Both the position numbers and the translations under genes were made by a program. The notes beneath the pieces were generated by a model that was not told where the DNA came from, searched no databases, and worked only from the letters and a program-made list of their open reading frames with translations. A DNA stretch of 63,042 nucleotides, filler included, from Choristocarpus tenellus KU-1152 (taxonomy: Eukaryota > Protista > Phaeophyceae): the NCBI GenBank assembly GCA_964200185.2. It is 8 parts of 8 records of this genome, joined end to end, with 100 filler letters (N's around TTAATTAATTAA, not from the genome) between each part and the next. Parts side by side here need not be neighbours in the genome. Positions count along the whole stretch, not along the records: positions 12,183 to 15,346 come from CAXNAD020021839.1; positions 15,447 to 19,828 come from CAXNAD020014810.1; positions 19,929 to 22,801 come from CAXNAD020024031.1; positions 22,902 to 29,256 come from CAXNAD020008318.1; 4 more parts are not named here. The stretch is one strand, 5' to 3'. Shown in pieces: positions 12,661 to 25,212 of the stretch (position 1 is the first letter of the stretch; every line of letters begins with the position of its first letter).

Positions 12661-13002
12661 AAAAACAGATGAGTAACCTATGTACACACCCCCAGATAAT
12701 TTGAGCCTTATCTTCGTTTTTATAACCTTGGTAACTTCATAGTTGGGAGCATTACTCAACAAGTGATCTATCTAAGCTCTGCATTGTATTCCTCTTACTC
12801 TCCTTTCAGTCAGCGGGAAAACTGCTTGCAGCTTGTATAACATGTGCCTGTTCAAAAGATGTTTGCCCTTGTTTTGTTCTTTTCAAGGCTGCCAAGCAAA
12901 CAATTGCTTATCTAACTTTCCTTGAAACCCCGTAAACTGCAATACAGGCACTGCTTGTGGTATCATTTTGAAACTGTCGAGCCTACTGCTGGATTGACAC
13001 AG

Positions 13003-13763
13003 GGTAGGGGGGAAACCCCACAAGGAGTTTGGTCAGGAAAAAACGAAAAATCCGGAGGGCAAGTTAAAGGAGAGATAGCACGAGATCATATCCTTGGATA
13101 CCCACTCACAGGGAAAAGGTCTCGAAGCATGGGTTCACAAAGTTTGTGGGCCACTGAGATAGCATACAACAAGGCCCAGCCTTGGTCCAGACGGATGGTG
13201 GCGGAGATGGTTTGCTGCCCTGAAGAGTTTGTGATCGCTCGTAGGGGGCTGAGCACAGGATCTGAATGGACCAAGTCTGCTGGGGTGAATGGGTGCCAGG
13301 AACAGGAGAGAGAGGATCAGATCGATGGCAATGAAAGTGAAATGAACAGAGATCAGAGGCAGGGCCAAGGGGAAACTGAAAGTGTGGGCATCACTGCTGT
13401 GCCGTCTCTGGAGGAACTGAGGTCGATGTTCTCCAACTGGAATCCAGCAATGGACGCTGAGCTTGTCACATATCTCAATGACCTTACCAGGTCGGGGTCT
13501 GAGGGTGTTCACTTTCTGGAACCTCCATATGATTCCATGGTGGTACCTACCCCACATCAATACCCCCTGATAGCACATTTTCCCCTGGAATCTCTGCGAG
13601 CAAGAGCAGCATTGATCCTGTATGTCAATGTCACCATTCTTCCACTCTTACCCCTTGTCGACCTGTCTCCGAGTGGGACTGGAATATGGGGCAGCTTGAG
13701 CCGGATGGTGCTACAGAATAAGCACCTAATCTTCACTCGGGCTAAGTTTGCTCTTTTGAGCAG
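13003..13763 (+). CDS. Exon of a large HERC/HECT-type E3 ubiquitin ligase-like protein (region upstream of the HECT domain)
   Basis: Stop-free frame inside the 337-aa ORF. WNPAMDAELVTYLN...YPLIAHFPLESLRARAALILYVN...LPLVDL...KHLIFTRAK resembles the pre-HECT region of HERC1/2-like proteins. cag| acceptor and |gt donor; 5' boundary uncertain. Confidence 0.6.
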
Positions 13764-14177
13764 GTGTGTACAGGATTGGGTCAAGCAACTCATTCATCTT
13801 GCAGTATTTCTTTTGTCTTGTATTTCAATCTATTGTGCGTGTCTTTTCTTCCTTCGTACGTCCCTCTCTCTCTCTCTTCTTTGTTACTTATCTGACCACA
13901 TCTTCGCTTACACTCTACGGCGGAATTATATATGACAACATATCTTCACGGTTGCTACAGCGCATTGCAATGAGTGCCTGCAATAAAATATTTCAACACA
14001 GCATTTGTAGTCTGCTCAATTCAGCAAAAAAAGTTTCATGAAGATATTGGGATAGTGGTTGTCAGAAAAAGGCTTGCATCATAGCATCTACTGCTATCCC
14101 TTCTCGGCATATCTTTGCTCGAAACTCTACACCAACAATGGTGATGTTTTGGCCCCTGCTTTCCCTGTGGATCACAG

Positions 14178-14366
14178 GGTAGGTAGCAAACCCCCAGACA
14201 GACCAAGAGAACAAACTCTTGAGAAGTGGTCCAGAAGGATTTGCACTTCCAGGGAGGCTTTGAAATGTCCTTCTGAGGCTCATACTCTCCAATTCGAGTG
14301 GCTGGAGAGGGAAAGAAGGATTGAGTCATCTTTGTTTGGTGAAGTGGTCAGCTACTTGGGGGCAAG
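14178..14366 (+). CDS. Next exon of the same gene
   Basis: Phase-compatible cag|...AG|gtgaaa exon encoding RVGSKPP...IESSLFGEVVSYLGA. Confidence 0.5.
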
Positions 14367-15289
14367 GTGAAACGTTTATGTATGGACGCTGCAGGGCAAT
14401 TTGTTATCTAATGAACTATCCAGTGATGTGTACCGCAGCATAAACTATGCTGTGATTGATTTCATCAGCCTATTCTGTGGTTGTTCGCATTGTGGTACTT
14501 CTAACCTATCTGCAAGTGTTGTCCGCATCATCAAGTTGGGTAGAAATAGTGAAAAAAATAGTACTCAATACGTGAGACTTCTGAACAGCTTATGTGAAGT
14601 TCATTGTCCATTCTATTAGTCTCACACTGCAACAAGCTGGTTCCTTCTAGTTTTCTACATGAAATTTGCATCCCCAGATCATTTCGAAAGGCTCACAAGA
14701 GATGTATCCGAAGACCCCGTCCCAACCTACCTGACAATGGATTCCTGTACTCTCTCAGGGTTTGGGCTACATACCCTTGGTCAACAAGTGCATGTATCAG
14801 CCACTCCTACCCCTGCTGCAATCATTGCCCAACTGTGCTAACCTAATGCTAAGAGAGATCGTGCATGAGCAGGTGCCCAGAAAACGTGGTTGCCGCATCC
14901 CTCTCCTTGGCAATTCATCATGATGATGTCACCAAAGGGAAGGAGCACAAGGAAGAGATAGATCATTCAGGAAAAGAGACTACCTCCAGTGAAAATGTAC
15001 TTCAACAGGTGAATGAATGTGTGTCAATGTCCTGCGAAACAGTAACTGGTTCTCATCCTTGCAGCAAGAAGGGACTCTGCAGAACACATTAGAAGTTCAT
15101 GGTGTGTTCTAATCGGTCCATACCAATCACTTTTTATTATCGAGTCCAGAACATTATCCCGCAACCAAGGAACTTAGTTTGTGAATTTTAGTGCAAGACT
15201 GTTGACATGTACTCTGTAAATATGTATGCTTACATGGTACTTCTAAGCACTACTGCTGTCTGTAGAGACATATACGTATTAGTAATAAA

Positions 15290-15346
15290 GAGCCAAAGTA
15301 TCTTAGAAGGTAGAGCCGCGTCCATTTGGGGGTCAAAATCCAATGT
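15290..15346 (+). mobile_element. MITE family A, left part cut by the contig end
   Basis: GAGCCAAAGTATCTTAGAAGGTAGAGCCGCGTCCATTTGGGG. Confidence 0.85.
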
Positions 15347-15446
15347 NNNNNNNNNNNNNNNNNNNNNNNNNNNNNNNNNNNNNNNNNNNNTTAATTAATT
15401 AANNNNNNNNNNNNNNNNNNNNNNNNNNNNNNNNNNNNNNNNNNNN
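15347..15446. other. Artificial contig spacer
   Basis: N44-TTAATTAATTAA-N44. Confidence 0.98.
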
Positions 15447-15526
15447 CCCTCCCCCCCAGATACTTTGACTCATTGGATTTTGACCCCCAAATGGACAAGG
15501 CCCTACCCTCTAAGATACTTTGACTC
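15447..15526. mobile_element. MITE B terminus (15447-15471) nested in a MITE A terminal segment (15472-15526)
   Basis: CCCCCAGATACTTTGACTC directly followed by ATTGGATTTTG...TACCCTCTAAGATACTTTGACTC. Confidence 0.8.
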
Positions 15527-15529
15527 CAG

Positions 15530-16240
15530 GGGAGATATGACTAAGTACAAAATTCTTTGGTAGCTTGACCCTTTTTGAGATAAATTGGCCATTGTGACTA
15601 GACATCCTCCATCTTCTTCCCAAAAAGCGAGGGTGTGACTGACCATAATATGATGCCAATGGGGGTGTATATCGTCCTCTTGCTGAAAGTCTGTGCCAGT
15701 ATGAATCATAGGTTCCGCCACTTTATCGGTAGCTGTTCCTCGGAGTGCCTGAGGACAAACTGGGACACTGATGTATGTATAGGACCCTGATGCACAAGTC
15801 GTCAAGTATGCTGGATCTCTCACTTGGATTATCATCAATATCATCGTATAAAAAGGAACTGGTCTATGAGTACAAATACGTCAAATCTAGAACTTCAAGG
15901 TCATAATGATGTTTATGAAACCGTCATCAAGACATATCGCCTCTAACACAAAGAACTGGTGTGGAATATGCTGTAAGAAGCCAGGTCTGCTGGGCTCTGG
16001 TGCAACCTGGCTATTGATACATAGTCATGTACTATGTATGTGGAAGCAATGGTTGGAAGAACACCCCATCATCAAACAAGTTTCGGCTCTTGAAGCCAAA
16101 CTTATGCATCCGTTGGTCCACTCTTGTGAACCCCTTAGAGACCCAAAGAGGCAACAAATGAGGGTGGACTGGAACATCATAAAACGTTTTATAAGGAGAT
16201 TTCCAGTGGGGGTTAGCAAACGTGGGACAAAGGTTTGTTA
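15530..16240 (-). pseudogene. Possible Harbinger-like transposase relic
   Basis: CLMMGC, TTCASGSYTYISV...RGTATDKVA, HHIMVSHTLAF loosely follow the GC.G/CD...PG..D/GD.AY order. Confidence 0.25.
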
Positions 16241-17094
16241 GTGTGGTAGCCATGTTATGCACCTCCACCCACAAACCCAACTGATCCCCTATCCAGTCGC
16301 ATGCATCATTACCAGCCCCTTCTCCGCTATCAGTGCAATCGTGCATTCAACTTTCCCACTCAATTGGGGTGTGCCCTGAACGGTGTACTCATGCCGAATC
16401 TTGTGTTCATCCAACACACCCTCGAAGTCCCTGTTCTTGAACTCCGTGCCCCCATCAGTCCTCACGTACCCAATGCGCAAATTATCCACATTGAATACCA
16501 ATCCCAACCATCTCAGACTTACTCTCTGTTACCTTCAGTACGGGCTTCCAATGAGTCTTGCCAATAGCGCACCCCTTGCAGAGTACCGTTGCCACTCCCC
16601 CGTTAAACGAATTCCACAATCCTTGGCATACCTGTGTACCATCACCTCATGGCAGCAACCTCGCTGCATATGCATCTGGTTCATATCCACTCGAGTAGTA
16701 GGTCACATCTCACTACTTGGGCCCCACGGAGCCATTAGAAAAGCTCCAGCCCCACCCTGGGTGAGCTCATCAGGTTCACCATTGCCTGTTGTTGATGCAT
16801 GTTGTACATCACCAGTTTCCATCCTTGAGGCGAGCTCCTCGCCCTCAACAGTCCCCCCTGAGACGATGGTATATGCATTAGTTTCAACCAGTTCCTCAAC
16901 ATCCACCTCTGATGTTGCAGTCATACTCGTTGACCCCCCTGGACCAATAACTGGCGGTGCCATTTTTGGGGTAGGTCCCCCCCAATAATCCCCTTTAGGA
17001 CAATGAAATTTACTTCAACCCCCTCAGGGTGAAGCGTGCTCATTACTTCAGCATCCTCCACTACTGATGTAGTAGCCTCAAACGCCGATCCTTC

Positions 17095-17560
17095 TCAATC
17101 GACATATCCACCACTCCCCTCTTGGGCGAAATTGACATCTCTAGCCCCACCATGTCCTACGTCGATATCTCCAGCCTCATCCTGTGCGAAATCGACTCCA
17201 CTAGCCCCCTCCTGGGCAAGGTCGATACTTGCAAGAGTGAAAATATCTTAGAGGGTACGAGTCTTGCCCTGTTTGTCCGTTTGGGGCTTGGCTTTCCACG
17301 TTTTTTTTATGACATTTCCCTACTACTCCGAAATGTTTCGGAGTAGGTAAAATGTATACGTTATGACAAGGTGTGTTCGGAACAAGGATATTGACACTTC
17401 CTAACTAATATGATAGCCGAAATTACATCAATACCGCAACATGGGATTTTGGTCCCCAAACGGACACGGCTCTACCCTCTAAGATTCTTTGACTCCAACC
17501 CTATCCTATGCAAAATTAACTCCACCAGCCCGCTCTTGGGTGAGGCTGATTGCGACTGTT
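17095..17560. repeat. Degenerate 30-bp minisatellite inside copia pol, interrupted by MITE A
   Basis: Units such as GTCGATATCTCCAGCCTCATCCTGTGCGAA and ATCGACTCCACTAGCCCCCTCCTGGGCAAG. Confidence 0.7.
17235..17495 (-). mobile_element. MITE family A, full copy, TSD CAA
   Basis: CAA|GAGTGAAAATATCTTAGAGGGTA...TACCCTCTAAGATTCTTTGACTC|CAA. Confidence 0.92.
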
Positions 17561-19499
17561 CCTCCAAGCACAAATGCCACTTCGGTCTTATCAGGTGGGT
17601 AGGGGGAAGTTGATCTACGTGATGGTGTAGGTGTTTTAGTCATTCTCCTCCTGCCCTTCAATGTGAGTAAATCAAAATTCCTTCCACGAGTAACTAAAAA
17701 AATAAGAGGAGGTTCACCTCCTGATGGGGTCAACTTCAAAGAATTTTCCACTTACCCATAAATTTCTCCACCAGATTGACATCCAGCTTGAACCATTGAG
17801 AAAAGAATGAACTTTAACTCTGGAACCAACAACACATTGAACAGAACAAAACCATAAACCTTCTCATTCTGTATACAACATAGTGGAAAGTTTCCAACTA
17901 TGATCGCACGAAGTTTCTGTCCTGTCCCAACAGTCACGGACGTTCCATCGTTGATCTATCAAAGCAATGGGGTTGTTGGTCATGTGGGGAGAACACCCAT
18001 TATCAAACTACCATATATCATCCCACTGTTTAATGTTATTATCCCTCACCGTCAAAACACCTCCAAGCATCTTCAGCGGTCCATTATTGACACCATTTCC
18101 CTTTCCTCGACCACGCCCAGACCTCTACGTAGTTGCTGCACCACCATCTACAACTTGTTTGGCGGCCGCCATAGCCACTTCACACCTCTAGGACAAATTT
18201 TGTGTCCTGTCTGCTAAAAATGTGTCAGGAACCGGAAAAATTGCCTGTTACAGGTGAGGAAGAAACAGACATGTAGTGTGGTCCACCGCACTTGAAAAAT
18301 TTCACACCTTGACCATGTTTTACAACTGATGATGTAGAACGCGATCCATGATTAAAAGTCAAACTTCCAGTAGACATCTGCGCTCGATTTTGTGGTTCCC
18401 AATAACAACGTTCCCCAACCTCTGGTTCATCCTGTAGGTTTCGCAAACCCTCTTCTGAGGTTGTAACCTAGCTGTACGACCCACATCGGAAATCTGGCGG
18501 ATCTCGATCATGTACTCTGCAGCAAAACAGTTGCGAATGACTGTCGGCTGCTCTTCCTCGTCAGGTTCTACGCCGAGACCCTGCAACATCTTAACTAGCT
18601 TCTCCGTTTCTTGAATTACATCTGCAGGATTCGCCCAATTGGTAGACACAGTTCATGAAATTTGGTCCTAAAAATAGCTCTTTCGGTGATACCATCTCTT
18701 TCAAAATGATCTCTAAGTTCCTGGAACCCTTCTGAAAGACTATCATGGTTGTCAACAATGTCGAGTGCAAGTCAGTCCACAAACACTCCTAACCAGCCCA
18801 GCCAACGCCATGCTGACTTCTTGTACTTCCTGGCGTGTCCACCATTTTCCCCTCCAAACTCTGGTCTTGAGTAAATAGTGAGTCCATCCACCCACCCAAG
18901 GCAGCACAAGTTAACAGTCGTTTCTTACACTTGGGAAATCCATCCCCATTATCATTACCATTATACCACACAAACATGGAGGGAAGTGGGATGAGGTGCT
19001 GCAGGTCCACTCCCGCAGTCCTTCTTGTAGTCGCGATCCCCCTCATCACTAGCTCCTCCTCATCATACAAGCCCTCTACTTCCACCCTAACATCTTCATC
19101 CTCCATATTCACGTTATCAATGGCAGACGCCATCGGGACTCTGTCTGACCCCATTACTATTAGCTTTGTTGAGATAACAGCACGTTTTGAAGTATGATAT
19201 CTAGCACGTTAAATAATGTGTAGAATCCCAAGTCTTAATGTTGAAAATGTAGACTAATTCCTTCTCAGTTGTGTTGTAATAGTTAGAAAGTTGGGGTGAG
19301 AAACACTATCCAAGTGGGGGGTTGATAAACCTTTTATTCATCCCTGATCACTAAAAACTTGTCAACCAATCTGTGTTACTTGCTGCAACCTTCCTTTTCT
19401 AGGATTCTTCTTGTTGTACTATATTAACCCGGATTTATATTCTCGTAGTCACCAAGAAAAAAAGCATTAATATCAACTATCTCGCCATCCAACAATAGT

Positions 19500-19828
19500 T
19501 GTGGAAAGCATGTTTGTCTGTTATTATACCGTTATTTCCGTATGCCATATACCGTTATACCGTGGTACTGGTTGAGGTTCCCAGTCAAGAGTCCATGATT
19601 TCACTGACAGACGTTTCTCTAAGAATGAAACCATGCAAGCTCTTCATGTGACCAATCCCACGGACTTCGTACAGCTCGTCATTAAAGTTGTCACACAATG
19701 CACGACCAAGAACAATTCCGCAAGAGGAACCCGATGCGATTATAGCAGTCCATGTCATAGAACGGACCAGTCAGGGGAGATGGACTGTGAAGACCAAAGT
19801 CGCCCTAGGGAAGATAAGGAGGTATATC
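19500..19828 (+). repeat. LTR-like repeat start related to 33842 onward
   Basis: TGTGGAAAGCATGTTTGTC..TTATACCGTTATT matches TGTTGAAAGCATGTTTGTCGTTATACCGTTATT. Confidence 0.6.
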
Positions 19829-19928
19829 NNNNNNNNNNNNNNNNNNNNNNNNNNNNNNNNNNNNNNNNNNNNTTAATTAATTAANNNNNNNNNNNNNNNN
19901 NNNNNNNNNNNNNNNNNNNNNNNNNNNN
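19829..19928. other. Artificial contig spacer
   Basis: N44-TTAATTAATTAA-N44. Confidence 0.98.
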
Positions 19929-20638
19929 GGTGGGGGGGGGTGTTGAATTGTCTCTTTTTAGAAAAAACAAAACAAATGGGTAGTGCATACAAAAATGTAA
20001 AAAAAATATAAAAATATAATCCCTTAAGTGTAAGGGTTTTCAAGGTTGTACTAATGCTATTACAGGAGTGCATGGTAAGGTAACAATGATACATGCGCTG
20101 CTATAGTACAAAAATATACTGTTGGGGTTTATTTTACCATTTGTTCATGCCAATACAAAAATTTCAAACAAGTGCATTGATTGGACATGAATCAATACAT
20201 ATATATATATATACATAGTACATTATACTCAAGGGTAAAGGGAGATACACAGATGACAAAAGGAAAACATGGCTTGGTGGAGGGTGAACAATACCAACAC
20301 ACACAGTTATCTAATGCAATCTCACAGCATGAACATGACCAACACCATGACTAACAAAGGTAACACTATTGGTAATCCAATAGTGGCAAGGCAAGAACAA
20401 CCCTCTGCACCTAACCACCTAACCCCTAAGTGATACATATATTTTTTACTACAATACACACTTCGATAGGAGTAGTTTTAATCTTGTACCATTTACATGT
20501 AAATGCTTGGGAAGATACTTTTGTATTGTAATATGTGTGGTGTATGTAGTTTGTTTGTTTGTTTTATTTCTACAAACAGGCTATATTTTATTTTATTTAA
20601 ACAATTCTATTTTTGTCTGTCTCTCTCTCTCTCCCTCT

Positions 20639-20699
<61 letters not shown>

Positions 20700-21673
20700 G
20701 AATCTAAGAGCTATGGTAATGAATCAAATATTCAAGTCTAAATGCCGAATCTTCCCTTTGGGGATTTAGGTGTACAATACAAACTTGTCTAATATTTCAA
20801 TACTCGATACGAGGCAGCCTGCCTTACACTGGCTCTTTCTTCACCAAGCGAGCTTTGTAGGTTCAAATCCGTCACAGTATTGACACCGCTTTCAAACCAA
20901 ATAATAATAATAATAATAACTAAATTCATATATATATATATATTTATGTAGTTGCAGTTAGTTATTAGTATGCTATGAATTGTATTTTATTTTTTATCAT
21001 ACTGTCTGTGTCAACTTATGTCTGTTGGAGAGGTAATTTCTGGTTGGTGTATCTATGATATAGTTTTTCCTAATTTGTTTTTGGTATTGGTATTGGTATT
21101 TTTTATTCTTTTTTATATGTGATACAGTATGTGAAATTTAAAATATGTAATGGAAATTTAAAAAGTAATCGTCAAAAAAATGTAAAAAAAATGTAAAAAA
21201 AATCTCGAGGTTGAATGAACTGCGTTGAAAAAAAATCATTTAGGTATCGTATCATTAAATGTATATACATACATAGATAAAGATTTTTTAAAATTAAGAA
21301 TGAACCTTTTAATTTATCATTTTTCTAATTATCATTTTGTTCTGATTTTGTTAATCAAAGTGCTGGTGAGTACCAACTCTACCCCCTCAAGAATTTTCCT
21401 AGTAATTTATCTTATATAAACAACTGAGGTGGTCCAGTAGAGTAAAAAATAAACAAAGTTAAGCAGGGGATGGGAAAACAACCCATGAAATGTATCCCCT
21501 CAAATTTTGGTGTCAACAAATTGTCTGTGAATCAAAACATCATATATATATATATATATAAAACAAAATACTGGTAATTCACTGCTTCCTCCATGTTTTG
21601 TCTGTTGTTCTGTCTCTGTCCCTGTCTGTCCCTCTCTCTCTCTCTCTCTCTCTCTCTGTATGTGGTGTGTTAG

Positions 21674-21768
21674 ATGCAATCCGTGGCAGAGAAGCTCAAT
21701 TCCATTGAGGCACTGGTCTATGACATGAGAGGTTGCAAGGACAGAAAGCATGGAAACCTCATCAACAG
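21674..21768 (+). CDS. Orphan exon of an unknown protein (MQSVAEKLNSIEALVYDMRGCKDRKHGNLIN)
   Basis: Follows a (CT)n tract and ttag acceptor; ends AG|gtcagt. Phase-compatible with a small exon at ~21980-22012 (RLLYYCGRRWH). Confidence 0.5.
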
Positions 21769-21854
21769 GTCAGTTTTTGATACCTGACTACAATAGTATC
21801 CAGTACCTGACTTTGGTGGTACCTGATACCTTAATCTCTGCCATGTTGGTGGTC

Positions 21855-21923
21855 CATGTGTTCTAGATGTGACTAGATGTCATGTGTTCTAGATGTGACT
21901 CGATGTCATGTGTTCTAGATGTG
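21855..21923. repeat. 26-bp tandem repeat (~2.7 units)
   Basis: CATGTGTTCTAGATGTGACT(A/C)GATGT repeated. Confidence 0.85.
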
Positions 21924-22801
21924 CCTTTTGATATTAATCCAAGTCAATCCAATCATTTCAAGTTTCATTTCATTTGAAGGTTATTGTACTACTGTGGAAG
22001 GCGTTGGCACCGGTAGGAAGTACAAACTTGGCAATTTTTGAAGGGTGAACCGATGAAGGCACCACTGTAATAAATAATAAATAAATAAATGTGATTGTAG
22101 ATCTGGGTGGCTGCATTGTTATTTTTTATTTTTTTCCAATGAGTTTTTTATGGTAGACTATTTGTTCATTATGATAGACCATTTGGTCATTTTGGTAGAT
22201 TATTTGGCCACTATATTATATTAGTGCACTCTAGGGGTGCATAGAGGAGCTTTGAATCTTGTATGCCATTTGAGGTTGAACATGAATGTTATCTTATGAA
22301 TATGATTATTTTGGATGTGTTACTTCAGTTTGGTGTTGATTATATCCATCATGTGTAGGGCTAGAATAAGATGTAGAGATCAACGCTGATTCCCAGTCAC
22401 ATGTACCCTAACCCTAACCCGATGGAGAACATAATATTTGAAATACTATAGTCACATATCTTTTTTTAATACTGCACAAAGTAAGAAAATGAGCATCTTA
22501 GCAATAGAGTTAGGGGGTAATGTAGAGTTTGCATACTATTTTTTTTTGTTAAATCCAGTTCAGTTTTTTTTCTCTCTTTTTTTGTTTAAATCAACATGAT
22601 ACTTGTGGTCAGGGTCAGAAATAACTTAACAAACTGACTGGTGACTACAGTCTACTTTTTGAAATGACTCTGCAGAGGTCTTACAATCTTCTTTGCATTT
22701 ATAACAATTCTTTGCTCTTATCGATATACAAGATCAATATCGATTTTATTTTGCAGTTGGGGGATTTTATTTTGTGTAGCACCTTCACCCAACCCCCCCC
22801 C

Positions 22802-22901
22802 NNNNNNNNNNNNNNNNNNNNNNNNNNNNNNNNNNNNNNNNNNNNTTAATTAATTAANNNNNNNNNNNNNNNNNNNNNNNNNNNNNNNNNNNNNNNNNNN
22901 N
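22802..22901. other. Artificial contig spacer
   Basis: N44-TTAATTAATTAA-N44. Confidence 0.98.
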
Positions 22902-23359
22902 TTCATGTAAAAAATATGTGTGTTTGGGTGGCAGTGTTTCTAGCAATTGGGGGGTGAGGAGGGGGGGGGGTGGGGTTAAGGACAAGTGAAGGCTATTAAC
23001 ATAACAGCAACCTAATAATGGAAAATAGAGGCTAGGACCAGGGGACCTACAGTAAATCTCAGAGTGGTTATAATGGGATTGAGGAACAATTTTAAAAGTC
23101 AGACAGGGAGAAGGTAATCACACCAAAGGGTAGAACCACCTCTTTAGAAAATAGCAAGAGTGGTACAATCCCAACAAACGGGCCGATTTAATTACACAGC
23201 TCTTTTTATGGACAAACACAGTGTTCAACGCAGGAAAGGAGTATGGGGGGGTGGGGAGAGGAGAGGAATAAGGGGTAAACTGGCACCAGTAGGCCAGTCT
23301 AAGTACGACAATTCTTGAAGTCACATCCAGCTGCAACAAGAATAACAAGAATTTAAAAG

Positions 23360-23534
23360 GGCTCAAAGTATCTGGGAGGGGGTAGTGGCTGTCGATTTGG
23401 GGTCAATTTTTTCATGTCGTGTTCTTAGGGTGATTTGGTTGCATACGTCAGATGGATAATGTAAATGCACTTTTCCTGATTTCGACCAAATGGACACCCT
23501 GGTGTAGTTCCCCCCCCCCCTGATACCTTAGGTC
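23360..23534 (+). mobile_element. MITE family B, full copy, TSD AAG (in a Rab1 intron)
   Basis: AAG|GGCTCAAAGTATCTGGG...CCCTGATACCTTAGGTC|AAG. Confidence 0.9.
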
Positions 23535-23836
23535 AAGGTGTCAGTGGGCAATCAAGAGTGAACAACTAATAATAATCCCCTTCACCCTGCTGGCAGATCA
23601 TCACTCAAAACACAAACAAGATGATAACACTCAAGTAGGGAAGTTAACATCATTGTCACAGTCTTGAGAGACGTTTTTAGTCTTCAGACCAATCGGCACA
23701 CACCGAGAAAAAAATAAGTAGAACAGTTGAAGAACCCTCCCCCTCCCCCTCCCCAAAAACTCTCAGGGAGGTAACACAAGCACTTTTATTTTTTTTAACA
23801 GGGATAGCAAGAGCGTTAAGGGGGGATGAGACTCAC

Positions 23837-23884
23837 AATCTGAAGCTTGATCGTCTTACTATCAAGGTCTATAGTACGGATTTT
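23837..23884 (-). CDS. RAB1: Rab1 GTPase exon (KIRTIDLDSKTIKLQI)
   Basis: ctgcag|48 nt|gtgagt; directly continues the Rab1 sequence after TIGVDF. Confidence 0.93.
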
Positions 23885-23907
23885 CTGCAGGTTCAGACAG
23901 ACACAGA

Positions 23908-23985
23908 ACAGGGGACAGGGGACAGGGGACAGGGGACAGGGGACAGGGGACAGGGGACAGGGGACAGGGGACAGGGGACAGGGGG
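23908..23985. repeat. (GGGGACA)n 7-bp tandem repeat upstream of the Rab1 acceptor
   Basis: About 10 units; reads (TGTCCCC)n in the pre-mRNA. Confidence 0.95.
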
Positions 23986-25091
23986 GGGGGCATCAAGTCA
24001 GCAAAGGATATGTTGATGTACTGTGGTCAAGCGGCGGGGGCAGGAAAAATTTAATAGTACTGTACATTCACATCCTATACAGCGCCTTCGCCAGCAGACC
24101 CCACAAAGTGGAGGCAAACGAGGCAATGGGGAATGAACATACAAGAGGAAAGCATTCTTCAAAGTGTAAGAATACAGGAGGTTAAAGCACAACTTCAACC
24201 GATTACAGTTGGAGAGGCAGGCTACCGTGCCCTTGCTCGGCGCCGCACCTACTTCATTTCACCGGCAATCAAGTAGTACCTTGGACAGAAACGAACGCAA
24301 TCAAGTAGTACCTTGGACAGAAACGAACGAAATCCCGTACATGCAACCAACAAATGTCATCAAAGGAGCCAGCTATGCTGGGAAGAGCTAGATACAAAAT
24401 ACACTCAAAAATCTCATCTGTCCTGCCAACGCCTGATTACACAGGTACAGGACCTGCATGCCCCACCCCCAACTGCCATAATCCTTGCAAGCCAACCGCT
24501 ACAAAAAGTGAGGAATGGTTTTTCGAGAATGAATAAATAGATGTTCGTGCCCTCCCACCCCTGATCCCACTTGAACCGAGACTTCAATGGCGATCACTCT
24601 CTCACTTCTGAATTTTTTGTACCACCCTGTTGCAATATTTACACACAAAACTTCATTAGCCCAAGGGTTGAAAGGTAGTTGGATCACTCAGAGACATAAA
24701 TAAGATCGCAAAATACATCGGCTCTTGGTCCCCTTCCATGCCTCTCTTCTGTGATGAAGACTTTTCACAGCATTACTGTACAACAAGTATCAAGCATGAC
24801 CATGGCACGTCCATGAGGCAAGGCACCATCCCTGAGAGATCAGTGTGATGCCAAATCAAAGTACATCACAAAACCCTGAAAATGGTCCTGGTGATATACG
24901 TGCCCCATCCTCACCAGCTAGTTGAAAGCATTCGACCAAGGACGGAAGGCAAACGCGGCTTCATTAACCGGTTTTATGAAAAGAAGAGAGAAAAAACAAA
25001 AATCTTCTAAGAAAAAAAAGTCACACTCCCCTACAAAATATTTCCCCTCGTTTCCCTTCCCAACCACGGCTACGAGGTTGTGCCCACTCAC

Positions 25092-25212
25092 AAAGTCAAC
25101 CCCAATGGTGGAGATGTAGCTCTCTGTATAGGTATCGTCCGCGAAACGGAGCAGCAGGCACGATTTCCCGACCCCGGAATCTCCGATAAGAAGCAATTTG
25201 AACAAATAGTCA
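25092..25212 (-). CDS. RAB1: Rab1/YPT1 GTPase exon (P-loop and switch I)
   Basis: [40 protein letters not shown] is the canonical Rab1 N-terminus; taacag| acceptor and |gtgagt donor. Confidence 0.97.

Larger units (their letters stand above)
16240..19494 (-). mobile_element. Ty1/copia 5' half (LTR, gag, protease, integrase), decayed
   Basis: LTR-like TGTTGG..ACA at about 19494-19270. Zinc knuckle FKCGGPHY, protease W.FDNGCSPHM, VLLVPELKF.L.S, integrase VRTDGGTEF...TPQLSGKVE. Confidence 0.85.

Noticed and set aside
20503-20769. Short ORFs with THTH, RERE, YIYI or GQGTGDR runs (also 3868, 23847, 56507, 61693)
   Set aside because: Translations of microsatellites, not genes.
21700-21745. Alpha/beta-hydrolase call from VYDMRG
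   Set aside because: The motif is too short, and the following residues lack the G.S pattern.
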